Of a stretch of 64,000 nt of DNA, positions 1 to 13,599 are shown piece after piece (position 1 is the stretch's first letter; each line of letters starts with the position of its first letter). The stretch lies in contig CP158635.1 in the NCBI GenBank assembly GCA_050273025.1, positions 20,956,001 to 21,020,000 on the forward strand, in the 5' to 3' direction. The DNA comes from Cenococcum geophilum. Its lineage: Eukaryota. Under the pieces are notes generated by a model. It did no database searches. It saw only the letters and a list, made by a program, of their open reading frames with translations, and was not told the DNA's origin. The position numbers and the translations under genes are program-made.

Positions 1-828
1 CTCCTTCTCCCCCCGAAACAGCGCTATCGCCACCCTCGCATCCTCCACACTCGAATACATCCCACACTAAATCGTTACCCCAAGCACCCTCTCCGCCAGC
101 TCCCGCAACGCGGGCGTCCTCCCCACGCTTAGCGCCCGAAACCCAGGATACCGCGCCGTATCCCGGACATACCATTTCGGATGCACGAGCAGCAGCGCCG
201 CGAGATCGTGCCGCAGCGCGTGCCCCACCAGGACCCTGTCCTGCAACAGCGCGGCGACCTCTTGCTAGATAACGGCGAACGGCCGCGCGCCGCTACCGGC
301 GCGCAGGTGGTGCGGTATGATGCCAGAGATGGGCGTGCGGTAGTCGGTCACGCGGAGGACCGGCTGCACGTAGCTGTCGTAAAGCTGGTGGCCATAGTAG
401 TTCACCAGCGAGACGCGCGCGAGTTACGAGGAGAAGGAGGGCGCCAGGCCGACACCGACCATTTCGCAGTTAAGCGCGATGTATTTGCTTACTATAGTAG
501 TAGGGGAGAGGCCCACATTTGGGATGTCGGGGTAGTGGGGGGAGGGGGTTAGGAGAGTAAGCGGGTTAGTGGTAGTATCGTCGTCATTAGTGAGTGCAGA
601 TGGTGAGATTGGGGTTATAGAGGGTTCCATTTTGCGTTTCTTGGAGGGTGGGAGGGTGGTAGAGGCAGGTTTGGCCAGCTTCACGTCGTTCTGGGGTACT
701 ACAGTGTGATGCTTAGTCGAGCGCTTTAGCGGGTTCGGGGTTGGTTTTAGAGCATGTGGTTTGGGGGAGTCTTTTTAGAGCGTCCTCTGCAGCTTCTTCC
801 AGTTGCTAGAGAGGTCCTTAAGGTCCAT
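1..828 (-). pseudogene. REX4: RNA exonuclease 4 (DEDDh) pseudogene, RIP-mutated; 3' end runs off the window
   Basis: Minus strand from ATG at 828: MDLKDLSSNWKKLQRTL*...SKYIALNCEMVGVG...[11 protein letters not shown]...VLVGHALRHDL...RDTARY...TPALRELA...SSVEDARVA. In-frame stops at 775-777, 424-426, 265-267, 67-69 (explicable by C>T or G>A); catalytic DCEMVG reads NCEMVG. Confidence 0.9.
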
Positions 829-1064
829 AGTGGCATTGCTATGGAGACATTTTTGGTGTTGTTTCTCTAGAGAACGTTTCTTAAAGGTTTAGTAGAAATA
901 TTTGGAGTCCATACACAGATTGGCAATGTCCTCAGTGTGGCTAACGATATAAACAGCGATCAGAAAACCATAATATGGCGTCGCGAGGCTGTCTTTCAGC
1001 CTTCTCCACTTGGATTTCGTCAGCTGCTGTGAACTCTCTTCCCTCACAATCACCTCCTCTCAAA

Positions 1065-2429
1065 ATGGCTTCCACTTCTGTCTGGAACCCTAGTCCTCGA
1101 CTGGCAAACAACACTGTCCATCTTGATGATCTACAGATATCGTTCCAGCGCACAGTTCGAGTCCCGGATAACAAGGATACTTCAGCCTTGCCGCCTTCTC
1201 TGGGAGAGTTTCCTCTTTACGAGGTCAAGAACTATGTCAACAAGTTACCAGAGAACATGAGTGCGAAAGGAGGATTATTCATGCCACTCTATCGTAAGTC
1301 TTCTCCTACACTCTACATTACTTAGGCAGCATAGTTGTAGTTCCTGGAGTGGCATCAGTCGAGTTCTGCCCCCTTAGCATATGTCGTAGGCTAGGTTCTT
1401 GAAAGAATGCCCCTCTACCAGTTAGACCATTCTAGACGAGAGACCTTAAAAATCGGTTACGATAGTGATCCTGATATATATCATTTCCCTTTTCTTCCAA
1501 GCCATGACATATACTTCCCTAGTATCATTCTTACCACTGTCCTTACCGATTGAATAGAAAGAGAAGCTATGTGGATACGCTTTCACTCTACACGTACATA
1601 TACCATCAAGATATATGTTGGTGGAGTCAATGCCATTTCTGGAGAACCTGCAGTAGAGACCGCAGCAACAAAATTGCGACGGCAAAATTTACTCCGCCAG
1701 TCTAAGTCCATCCAAGACTACGTTGTCGTTCCAGATCAGCTTTGGCTTGATGGAATTGCCACTAGAGATGGAAATGTTCGACAGTTCGTTGCTATGGCGG
1801 CTGGAACTGGATATTCAGTGGAAGGGCAAGTCACCGGAGAGGAAGCCACCGGTGGACTGCAGTTCGAGATCACTCCTGTTGATGACATGATTGTGATCAA
1901 AATTGAAACAAACGCTTCCCCTCCCCAAACTTTGGCATGTCAAACAAGTAAAAGCGCTTCCCTTTCCACTCTAATGGATAAGCTCCAGGAAGATTTCGAG
2001 CTATCCTTCAGACCAAATGAGCATCTCGCCACTTACCGACGAAGAGCCTCGCCTTTCCAAGACTCCAAAGGGTCCGTATTCTCGGAGGCCAAAGCAACCC
2101 TCCTTGGAAGTAAGCTAGTACAGCATGCTATTTTTGTCGCTATTTGCCTATTCCTAACGACTTAGTAGGCGGTACATCGACTTTGGAAAGTAACCGAGTT
2201 GAGAATGTGAGTTTTTCTATAAATATGATCTCCAACACCTACAATGCCTAATCCAACAAAGGGTGATACATTGAAAATCGTAGAATACTCTTATTGGGTC
2301 GGGCAGCTATCTGTCGTGGATCTCATGGGTAAAACTATCATCCTAAATGTGAAGTCATCGGATTCTATCAACGACATCAAAGGCAAAATCCTGGATATAA
2401 GGGGTATACCCCCAGATCAGCAAAGATAA
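1065..2429 (+). CDS. Fungal hypothetical protein with ubiquitin-like domain, 3'-truncated; predicted introns 1294-1557, ~2110-2168, 2207-2261
   Basis: Splicing GTAAGT(1294)..TAG(1557) joins [31 protein letters not shown] to [60 protein letters not shown]; last exon [33 protein letters not shown] is ubiquitin-like and stops at the TE junction. Confidence 0.8.
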
Positions 2430-2975
2430 GCCTTATAAATGGTTTAATATTCTTTAACTACTCTACTATAAAACTTTTATAGTAGTTATAAAACCCTAGA
2501 AATAACCTTAACTATATTATATTCTTTAGTTCCTACCAACTTACTATAGCTTTTATTTTCTTTAGGTTTATACTAATATAACCTAGTTCAATAATAAATC
2601 CTATAAAATTAGTCTTTTTTATAAAGAACTTATATTTCTTAATTGCTACTAGTATCTATTCTTCTTATAGTCTCTTTAAGACCTATTTAACGTGCTCTCT
2701 ATACTCTTCCTTATTTATTAAGTAGATAATATCACTAAAGTATACTATAATAAATTTATTAAGGTGTTCTCCTAATACGCTATTAATTCGCTTCTGGAAT
2801 ATTACTAGTATATTTATAATTTCGAATTATATAACTAATAGTTTATATAGTCCTTCCTTTAACCTAAAGGCTGCCTTTTATTTAGTACCTTCCTTAATTC
2901 TAATCTAATAGTATACCTATCTTAGATCTATCTTTATAAAGATTTACGCATTATCTATTCTATCCTAGACTTTAC
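2430..2975 (-). mobile_element. Ty3/Gypsy reverse transcriptase fragment (RIP-degraded)
   Basis: Reverse complement matches ~9750-10280 of the full-length Gypsy copy in this window. Confidence 0.85.
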
Positions 2976-3807
2976 TAGCCACTTCTAATATATAAGACCC
3001 TATAATAAATTAGATAAGGAACTGGACGGTTATAAAGAATAATAAGATGTGTATACTTAGTATTAAAAACGGATCGAATATTATAGGATAATCGTATATT
3101 CGCTCGCGTATACTTAGTGTATAAAAAAGGTTAGCAACTAAATGGAGCCGCGATTATAATATATACTAACTTCTTTTCCGCATAATAAGAATAGAATAGT
3201 ATAAATTTACTAAGTAAAAGAATTATAGTTACTAGCTAATTATAATAGTTAGATATAAAAGATCTAATAGGAGGTATTAGGAATAATAAAGGTTATTAAA
3301 TTAAAAATAGGAATGTTATACCTTTAATAAATAACTTAAAGATAGAAGATATCTTTAAGGATAAAAATAAAAAGGAAAGGGATAGTGTTACAGACCTTAT
3401 ATTAGCAGTAGTAGAACTACTAAGAAGAGATATAAACGGATTAATTAAGATAGTATGGGAGGCGCTAAAACTAATTAAGCTATAGGATAAGGGGTAGCTA
3501 AGTTACGTAGCTAGTTATATTATAAGTTTAGAACGTAAAAATATAGGAACGTAGGAACGTAACGTACTAACGTACTAATATACTAATATACTTAGTACAT
3601 TTCTTAGGCGCGGTATTATATATTTAAAGGACTATAGTTTCTACCTAGATAGTTCTCTTCTTTATAGTAAATCTTAGAATATAATTAAAGTTAATCTATT
3701 AGGTAACCTACTCTACTAGTTATATTTACATTATTAACTATTCCTTAACCTATATACCTAGCCCATTAATAAGTCTACTATAGTATTTTCTGTAAGGCTT
3801 TGTTATA
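2976..3807 (+). mobile_element. Gypsy 3' region, polypurine tract and LTR (LTR 3386-3807)
   Basis: PPT aaaaggaaagggatag followed by TGTTACAGACC; aligns by eye with ~12620-13412. Confidence 0.88.
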
Positions 3808-4213
3808 ATATTTAAATAAGTAATATTAGCTATATAGAGTATAAATTTAGCCTTCCTCTAGTAGATATAGATGTCCTATTTAAAGGCTTATTCTAAATTA
3901 GGCTTAAGTTTTTTAATATTTATAGATATAGATATTTTATAATAATCTTATACTTTAAAGCTTATCGCGATTTTATTAATATAGAAGTCCTAGCTAAGCT
4001 AAAGCTTCCTATTATTTCTATTACGGATAATTTAAAAATTTAAGAACTAGGTAAAGTTACCTAAGTCCTTAATTTTATACCTTTTTATAAGGTGCTCCTT
4101 AAAGATTTAAAGCCTAAGTAGGTCTTTCTTCCTATAAGTAGCTGTAATATCGTTAATATAAAAAAAGACTATTAGCTAATTGTTATAATACCGGCAAGGC
4201 TCTCCGCTACTAG

Positions 4214-4461
4214 TGTGGGAGGGTACGACCTCTCTAAGATAGGAAAGTCACGATGCTGTCAGTCAGTCAGTCTGTCGGTCGGTCGGTCGGTTAGTCGGTC
4301 AGTCAGTAGAACAGTCAGTAAGAAAGAAAGAAAAGAGTGTATTTCCGGTAACTGGTAAGGTCGTGATATATATAATAGAGGGAAGAAGGAAGGAAGCCGA
4401 AGGCTCTATAAATATAGGAAAATGCCAAGACAGTAGGCGACGTCCAATCTACACCACCACA
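4214..4461. mobile_element. Solo LTR (248 bp), little RIP
   Basis: TGTGG...CCACA termini, CTAG duplicated on both sides (4210-4213, 4462-4465), internal (gtca/gtcg)n repeat, higher GC than flanks. Confidence 0.8.
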
Positions 4462-5628
4462 CTAGTTTTAAGCCTTCCTTTTTTAATTTTATAGTTAAGT
4501 TATTATACTATAGTAGAGGTAATCATTACAATCCATAGAACGCTTGTTAAAGTAGTAAGTACTTACTTTTAATTATAAATCTATTTAGATAGTTAATATA
4601 AACAACCTTATTAATAACGCTGTTTATAAATACGTTAGTAGCGTCGCTCTACTAGCAGTCTAGGTTAAATATTATAATAATAGCCATTAAGGCTCTAAAT
4701 AATCTTACTACTAGAGTTATAGTGTAGATATTCTTATAAACTAACTTTTATAGATTACCTTATGTGTAAAGATAAGCCTTAATCCTCGTTAGATATCCAT
4801 TAGTATTAGGTTTATAGGTAAATACTTAGATAATAGGCACGGTTTTAATTTAAATCGTCTTATTAACGACTTAAAACGTTCCTTAATTTCAAAGGTATAT
4901 ATATTTATTCTTAGCAATAGCTATAAACTCTTCCTCATATTAATGTCCTTAAAGCTCCTTTTAATATCTAGGTAGCTATAAGAGCTAATTACGGTATAGC
5001 TTTTTATAATATATAGGCCCTATATTAAAGGCTAATCTTTAAGCTAAAAGGCTCTAGTTAGTAACGTTAGCAAGGAAACCTCTATAGGCCTTTAATTGCC
5101 CTTTAAGTCTCTTTCCTTTAACTACGTTTTGCTCTCCTATATTACTATTAATCTTCTTCTTTAGCTCGGCTTTATTAGTTGAAACTATAATATAGTACGG
5201 CTTTTTTATTAAGGTTTTTAAAGACAGTAGTAGAGGCTCTAGTACGTTAGGTTTTAGTATTTTATCTAGGATAGAAAGCTCTATAGCTAAGTTATCTTTA
5301 GAGCTTAAATTTTATTACTTACTACTTTTAATATTAGGCTCTTTCTAATTTTTACAAGAATCTACCTATTCTTATCTTTTAATATTAACTCAAATCTTAA
5401 TTTAAGTCTTATCGCTTTTATTAAATAATAATTCTAATTTATTTTAAAGATCCTATATTTAACGGACATTAGTAATTTCTAATATTTAGTTAGTTCTTAC
5501 TTAGAGTATATTTATAAGATTTAGCCATAAGTTATTATAGAGTAACCGCTTATTAAATATTATATCTCTTATTCTAATAACCTTCTTTTAACTTAGAATA
5601 TATATTTAGAAGATATTTGTTAAATTAT

Positions 5629-6047
5629 TATTACGGACCTTATATCGGCAGTAGTGCGACTACTAAGGATAGATATAAACGGGTTGGTTAAGATAGTACG
5701 GGAGGCGCTAGAACCGATCGAGCTATGGGATAAGGGGTAGCTAAGTTATATAGCGAGTTATGTTACAAGTTCGGAATATGGAAACATAGGAATATAGAAA
5801 CGCGATATACCGACGTACTAATGTACTAACGTACTAAACCCTTTACTATAAGGAGGAGTTATATATTTAAGGAGGTACGGTCTCTATAGATAGTTTCTCT
5901 TTTTTATAGTAAATCTTAGAATATAATTAGAGTTAATCTATTAGGTAACCACTCTACTAGTTATATTTATGTTGTTAACTATTTTATACCTATATACCTA
6001 GCCTATTAATAAGTCTACTATAGTGTTTCCTACAAGGCTTCGTTATA
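5629..6047 (+). repeat. 5' LTR of Gypsy element
   Basis: Direct repeat of 12994-13412; differences are mostly transitions. Confidence 0.95.
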
Positions 6048-9000
6048 TATTTACTACTAAGGTTATAGTAAAAGAAGTTAAATAATATACTACTAAAAGC
6101 AGTAGCTATAACGCCGTTAACGGCAGCAACTACTTTAGGATTAGGTAATAACACTAATATAGCAAACACTAACTCTTAACTAGTTACCGCTAGACAGTTA
6201 TAGGAAATAGTTAATTAATTAATAGATAATAATGGGATACTTAAAAAAAGGTTTAGTAGAATTAGAGTAGCTAAGGTTAAGTTACCCTTAATTAAGCGAT
6301 TCTTAGGGGAGAAGTTAAAGCTTAAGGGATTCCTTATATAAATGCACTTTAAGGTTATATAAAAAGGAGTAAAGCTAAGAACGCCTATAGATTAAGTTAC
6401 TTACGCAGAATTATTCTTAATAGGAAGGGCACTTAAGTAGTTTAAACCTTACCTTATAGAGGTATAGAAGTATAGCATAACGACTACTAACTAGGAGGTG
6501 CGGTATATATTCTTAAGTTAGAGCGGGTTTGCGGAACGCTTAATATAGATATTTAGAGACCTAGAGGTAACCACTATAGTAGAAAGAAAGCTTTAAAACC
6601 TAGTATAGAGAACTTTAGTAATTGAGTATACGATATAGTTTTAGATATTAGTAATATAGGTTAAATAGAACAATAAGGCGCTTATGGTATAATATAAATA
6701 GGGACTTAAAGCGAAAGTCTAGGATATAATTATTCTAATAAAAGATGCGGATACTCTTAGGGAATTAGTTAATTAAGTAATTAAGATTAATAATAGGATC
6801 TACTAAAGAGAGCAGACTAAGAAGGGTTAGGATAGAGTTCTATAGTTATATAAGGCATAAGGCATACAATAATAAAGTTAAAACTAGAAACTATAGTATA
6901 GCGCAGAGCTAATAAACCTAAGTAGTACTAAAGAAAGTAAGAAATAGAATAAATAACTATAGAAACCTAAAGAATAAGGATTAAGTAATTAAAGGTCTAA
7001 GGAGCAGAGGCCAAACTAAGGATCTTAGTAGCAGAAGACGTTTAGGTAGACTCTATAATAAGAAAAATGGGTTAAAAAAGGAGCTTATATAAATTGTGGA
7101 AAATAAAGTTATTTTATTAGAGACTATAAGAGCGGTTAAAGTTATTACGTAGTAAGAGAAATAAGACTAGTAGACAATATATACGTATAAAGGGATAATA
7201 AAATACTACGAGGAATAAAAGAATATTTAATTAAAAGTTTTACGTTTTATTATAATAACATATACTAAATTTATAAGGACGCTAAGTACGGCGCAAGCTA
7301 TTAGCTATAAAAGCTAAAATTATTAAAGTTTAGAGGAACTAATAAACTATCTTATAGATCGGATATTAAGGACGATAAATTTAATATAGGCGAAATATTT
7401 AGTAACAATAAGGTAATAAGGGCAGCTTACTAGGAGTATATAGACCTTAAAGATGTTATAAAAGAGGTAGAGGATAATTCCACTATAGAATAAGGAACAT
7501 TAGTATAGATTAAGACCCCACTAGATATAATATCTATTACTTTATAAGACGTAAGAGAAGTAAGATAGTAAACTACTTTGGCACTTAATAAAGGTAAAAG
7601 GCTAAAGGCTTAAGATTCTTAAAACGAGATAAAAGATAATTAAGATTCCTAAGACGGGATAAGATAAGCTTAAAGACCTATAATAGACGATAACCAATAA
7701 AGCAGAGTAACGGCTTAGTTTAGTAATATATAAATAAGCTTAGGACAAAGTTTCCTAAAAGCATAAGACTCTTAAGATGAGATAAGCAAGATTTAAGATT
7801 CTTAAGATAAGATAAGAACACTGTAAAAGCCTAGTTGGACTAAGGCTAGAGCTAAGCTTAAGATAAAAGTAAGCTTAGGATTAAGAATCCTATAGGACTA
7901 AGATTTTTAGACATAAATAAGGACTATTAAATAAACTAAAATTAAGAAGTAGGAAGACTTTAAGAATTTACTTATAAGGCGAAAACCAAAAGAAACTATA
8001 ACGGAATTTAGATAGAGAATCCTCGTATAGTAAGAACAGAAACTAAACTAAAGAACTAGTATACTAAGTTGTATAAGGGATAGAGCACCCCTATAAAGAA
8101 TTACTAATAAGCCTAAGATAGGCACACTAAGAGTAAAATGGCTTATTAAATTAAAAAACAAAGAGGATCTAGGGATCCCTACTAGGTTTAAAGAACGACA
8201 TATAAAAGGCTGTTATAATATAGTAATAAGAAGATACTTCCTTACGGATAAGCCGTATACACTTTGATAGCTATACTAAAAGTAGTATAGACAGCGATAT
8301 AATAATAAGTAGGAAGATTTCTATATATAGTTAGATAAGCGAGTTATCTAAGACCACCCTATTATAGAAAAGGCTATAAGTTATATTAAAGGAGCCTTAA
8401 TTATAACGTTAAAGGATCTAGAGGAATAATTAGAGGACTAGAGAAGTAAAAGGTAAATCTTAGTACCTATAAATAAGGTCGCAACGTTTAAATTAACGCA
8501 GTAAAGGTTTAAACTTAAAGATAAAGATAAGTTAAGAGTTAACCTAAAGCACCTAGCATACTATACGCTATTATGGATTATATATATAGATAATATATAT
8601 AAAATATATAAAAATCTAAAGGAAAAGAATCGGAAGTACCTAGTAAGGATATATTAGGCGCCAAATAAGCAATAGTATAGAAATGCTAAGTATATATATA
8701 GATGGCATCTAATAGAAGTTTAGGAGTTAGGAGACTTAATACTTTAACTAGGAAGATTCCTTATAGAAGAATGCTTAAACAGATAATAGTAGTAGAAATG
8801 CCTAGAGAATATATATCTATAGCATATAGAGGATAAGAAATAAACTAGGCATTAGCTAAAGAATAAGCTAAGTATATAAGGATTAAGTAGCTAATAGTTA
8901 GGAAAAGTAGAGGCCTATAGAACCAAAGGGAGCTAGTAGTAAAGCCTTAAACCCTTAAAGGAATTTAAGGATAATACCTAAATTTATAAATTAATTAGTA

Positions 9001-12000
9001 AGATTAATAGTTTAAAGCATTAATAGATAGTAAAGTAATAAGGAACTATATCTTACTAGTAGTAGTTAAATAAATGGGATTACCTTATAGACAGAAGGAG
9101 TAACCTTACTTATTAGTTATAATTTTAGGAGATCTAATAACCTACGGAGGAGGAATTATTAATCTTAAAATAGGACCTATTTAGATAACTATTAAAGGGA
9201 GATAAATTAAGATATCTTTTAATATCCTACTATTAGGACAGGATAAGGCAGTATTAGGTATGCCTTAGTTATAAGAATATAATCTAAAGATTAATTAGAT
9301 TACAGGATAAGTTAATATTAAGGATACTTAACGCCGTAGAATGTAATAATAGACTAAGTTAGTATAGTACTAAGTTAGAGTAATATATAAAGAGACTAAG
9401 TGAGGCTTAATTTATATACTAAAGAGATACTATAAGTATGGCAAGAAACTATAGAGCCTAAAAAGTAAAAAGCTAGTAGATTATATAGCATAGAACTATA
9501 AAATAGAGTTAAAACTAGGAATAAGTTTAAGGTTCTTTTTAATATATAAACTTACTTAAGAGGAGTTAAGAGCGCTTAAAGAGTTTATTTAAGAGAACTT
9601 ACAAAAGGGATATATTAGACTATTGCAGTTATTAGTAGGATATCTAGTACTATTCGTACCAAAGAAGAACGGAAAACTTAGGCTATATATTAACTATAAA
9701 TATTTAAATAGTATCACTCGGAAGAATAGGTATCCTTTGCCCTTAATTAGCGAAATCTAGGATTAAATAGGCAATGTATAAATCTTTATAAAGATAGATT
9801 TAAGATAGGCATACCATTAGATTAGAATTAAGGAAGGCGATAAATAAAAAGTAGCTTTTAGGTTAAAGGAAGGACTATATAAACTATTAGTTATATAATT
9901 TAGGTTAATAAATACACTAGTAATATTTTAAAAACGAATTAATAGTATATTAGGAGAACACCTTAATAATATTATTATCTACTTAATAACTAAAGAAGAA
10001 TATAAAGAATATGTTAAATAGGTTTTAAGGAGACTATAGGAAGAATAGATGCTAGTCGCAATTAAGAAATACAAGTTCTTTATAAGGAAGACTAATTTTA
10101 TTAAATTTATTATTAAACTAAGTTATATTAGTATAGACCTAAAGAAGATTAAAGCTATAGTAAGTTAGCAAGAACCAGAAAACGTAACGCAGTTAAGGTT
10201 ATTCCTAGGGTTTTATAACTACTATAAAAGGTTTATAGCATAATAGTTAAAGAATATTAAATCGTTTACTAGGCTTATAAAGAAAAAGGAACTATAGGCA
10301 TAGGGAAATAAGTAAAGAAAGCTGTTTAAAGAACTTAAGGAGTTATTTACCTAGGAGCTAATCCTTAAAATTTATTAACTAGGACTAGACACGGTTATAA
10401 AAACGGATATATTAGACTTTATACTAAGAGTATACTTACTATAAAAGTATAGGAATATATAGCACCTAATAGCATACTATAGTTAAAAGATAATACTACT
10501 AGAGTTAAACTATAACATCTATAATAAGGAATTATTAGGTATAGTTATAGTATTTAAAAAATAGAGAGCATTCTTATAAGGCGTAGAGAAACTATTTATA
10601 GTTAAAATAGATTATAAGAACCTAATAGGGTTCCTAATAATAAAAGAACTTAATTATAGATAAGTTAAATAGGTAGAAATACTTATAGAATACTATTTTA
10701 AAATTTAGTATACTAAAGGAACTAAAAATGCAAGAGCGGATGCGCTAAGTAAAAAGGCTAAACTATAGAATAATAAGAAACTATTAGGACTAATACTACA
10801 TAGAGATAAAAACAGATTAATTAGATATAATTACCCTAAACTAGTAGTAACTTAAGAGGATAATAAACTAAAAAGAGTTTACGAAACACTAGAAAGCTTT
10901 TAGGTATAAAAAATTCTAGAAGTATAGCTAAAAGATCTATAGATAGATATATACAAAAATTAAAAAGTAAAGTATATCCTAAAGAGCATAGCAGAGCATT
11001 TTATAGAAAATTTCTATAAGGAAATAACTTAAGGGCATAATAGAGCAATAGGCTTAGTATTAAGACTTTAAGAAGAATACATTATTAACGGAATCTGGGG
11101 TATAGCTAAAAAAGTAATAAAAGAGTGTTTAGATTATTAAAGGAATAAACTAATAAGGTATAAGCTATACAGAGGGCTATAACCTATTAAAATACTAGAG
11201 AGACTATAGGAGGTTATATTATAGGACTTTATTATAAAATTACTAAAGTTAAGAGATCCTATTACTAGATAAAAATATAACGTAATTTTAGTAATAGTAG
11301 ATAAGTTAACTAAATAGGGCTATTTTATAGCATGTATAGAAGAAATCTTAGTAGAAGATGTCGCTAGAATCTATATTAAAGAAGTATTCGCAAGATATAG
11401 AGTACTAAGTAAGATTATATTAGATAAAGATCTAAGATCTATAATAGCATTTTAGGAGGTATTCTTAGCAAAATAAGGAGTTCGCGCAGCAATATTAATA
11501 GTATATTATCTGCAAATAGACGGTTAAACGGAAAGATTAAATTAGACACTAGAATAGTATCTAAAATATTATATTAATTATATATAGAATAATTGGGTAT
11601 TGTTATTACTAGTTATATAGTTTATATATAACACAACACTATAAGAAGGAATAGGTATATTACTATTTAAGGCAAACTATAGATACGAGCTAAGAATATT
11701 ATTATTACTATAATAAGTAAAGAAAATAAGTAGCATAGCTAAAGAAAGAATAAAGACGTTAATAAATCTTTATATAGACCTTATAGAATTAGTAAAAAAG
11801 GTATAAAAGAGAATAAAAAGGTACTATAATACTAAGAGATCTAAGGGACTAGATCTTAAGGAGGGAGATAAAGTGTGGCCACTATATAAATTTTTTAAAA
11901 GTTAACAACTAAGTAAGAAGCTAGACTACGTTAGACTAGGACTATTTAAAATTATATAAAAAATTTTACTAGTTACGTTTAAGTTAAACCTACTAGCTAA

Positions 12001-12993
12001 AATAAAAAGCTACCCTATATAGCATATTATAATGCTAGAGCTAGTATATAGGAATATTAAGCTATTAATCTATAAAGAAAACACGTATAGAGGATAAGAA
12101 GAGGACAAATAATAAGTTTTAAAGATCGTTAGTTATAAGGACATTAACAACAAAATATAGTATAAGGCAAAGTGGATAGTCTATAATAAAACTACCTAGG
12201 AGCTACTATAGAACCTAAAGAATACTCTAGAAAAGGTATAAAAGTATTAAAAGAAAATAGGTTAGGTAATATTAAGAAGAAGCTAATAATAAAAGGATTA
12301 GTTAAAGGTAATAGACGAGCCAGATTATCTAAGGGATCTACTACCAGCGTATTAGTTATTTCCACCTCTACTTAACCAGAATCCTTTTTAGCCTCCTTAG
12401 CCTTAAGCTTAGATAGACCTTACTTTACTAAACGCAACTTCTTTAAGCGCACCTTTTCGCGAACCTTTACTAGACGGCTTAGGCGAGTATAAGTATCTAG
12501 TTAAGCTTTTAGAGCCTAAAACGCCTTATTAAAACGCCGCTAAACCTTAGCAAGGGCCTTAGCCAGCTTACTCTTTAGTTTTTCGGCTGCTACTAATACG
12601 CGTAACCCTAGAGCAGATTAAATAAGGAACTAAACGGTTATAAAAAATAATAAGATATATATACTTAGCGTTAGAAACGGATTAAATATTGCAGGACGAT
12701 TATATGTTTACTCACGTACACTTAGTATAAAAGGAAGGTTGGCAACTAAATGGAGCTGTAATTGCGATATATACTAACTTCTTCTCTATATAATAAGAAT
12801 AGGATAGTATAACTTTACTAAGTAAAAGAATAAACGTTACTAGCTAGTTATAATAATTAGACGTAGAAGATCTAATAGGAGGTATTAAAAATAATAAAGG
12901 TTACTAATTTAAAGACGGGAATGCTATACCTCTAATAGACGACTTAGAGATAGGAGATATCTTTAAGAACAAAGATAAAGAGGAGGGGGATAG

Positions 12994-13412
12994 TATTATG
13001 GACCTTATATTGGTAGTAGTGCGACTACTAAGGATAAATATAAACGGGTTAGTTAAGATAGTATAGGAGGCGCTAAAACTAATTAAGCTATAGGATAAGG
13101 GGTAGCTAAGTTACGTAGCGAGTTACGTTATAAGTTTAGAATGTAGGAACGTGAGAATATAGGAATATAACGTACTAACGTACTAACGTACTGACGTACT
13201 AAACCCTTTACTATAAGGAGAAGTTATATATTTAAGGAGGTACGGTCTCTATAGATAGTTTCTCTTCTTTATAGTAAATCTTAGAATATAATTAGAGTTA
13301 ATCTATTAGGTAACCACTTTACTAGTTATATTTATGTTGTTAACTATTTTATACCTATATACCTAGCCCATTAACAAGTCTACCGTAGTATTTCCTACAA
13401 GGCTTTATTACA
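12994..13412 (+). repeat. 3' LTR of Gypsy element
   Basis: Follows PPT gaggagggggatag; ends ...ttattaCA. Confidence 0.95.
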
Positions 13413-13599
13413 ATTATACCCTACTAGATTTTTTATATATGTCCTTAACGCGAGCTTATTTAGGCGTAGAATATTATACTTAAGAGGATAGGCCCTATAG
13501 CTAACTAGAATTTCTTAAAAGGTGTCGGCTACCTAAGTCTTTTACTAGGCGTCTAATTAAGTAAATAGGTAGCTACTTTATAGGTCTTAATTAATAGCC

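Larger units (their letters stand above)
5629..13412 (+). mobile_element. Full-length Ty3/Gypsy chromovirus, RIP-inactivated
   Basis: 419-bp LTRs 5629-6047 and 12994-13412; 5-bp TSD ATTAT (5624-5628, 13413-13417); PPT before 3' LTR; degenerate gag, zinc knuckle (~7090), protease (~9020), RT ([12 protein letters not shown] ~9650), RNase H, integrase, chromodomain (YKAKW..TT*E ~12170). Confidence 0.95.

Noticed and set aside
181..552. 123-aa plus-strand ORF
   Set aside because: Antisense shadow of the REX4 pseudogene.
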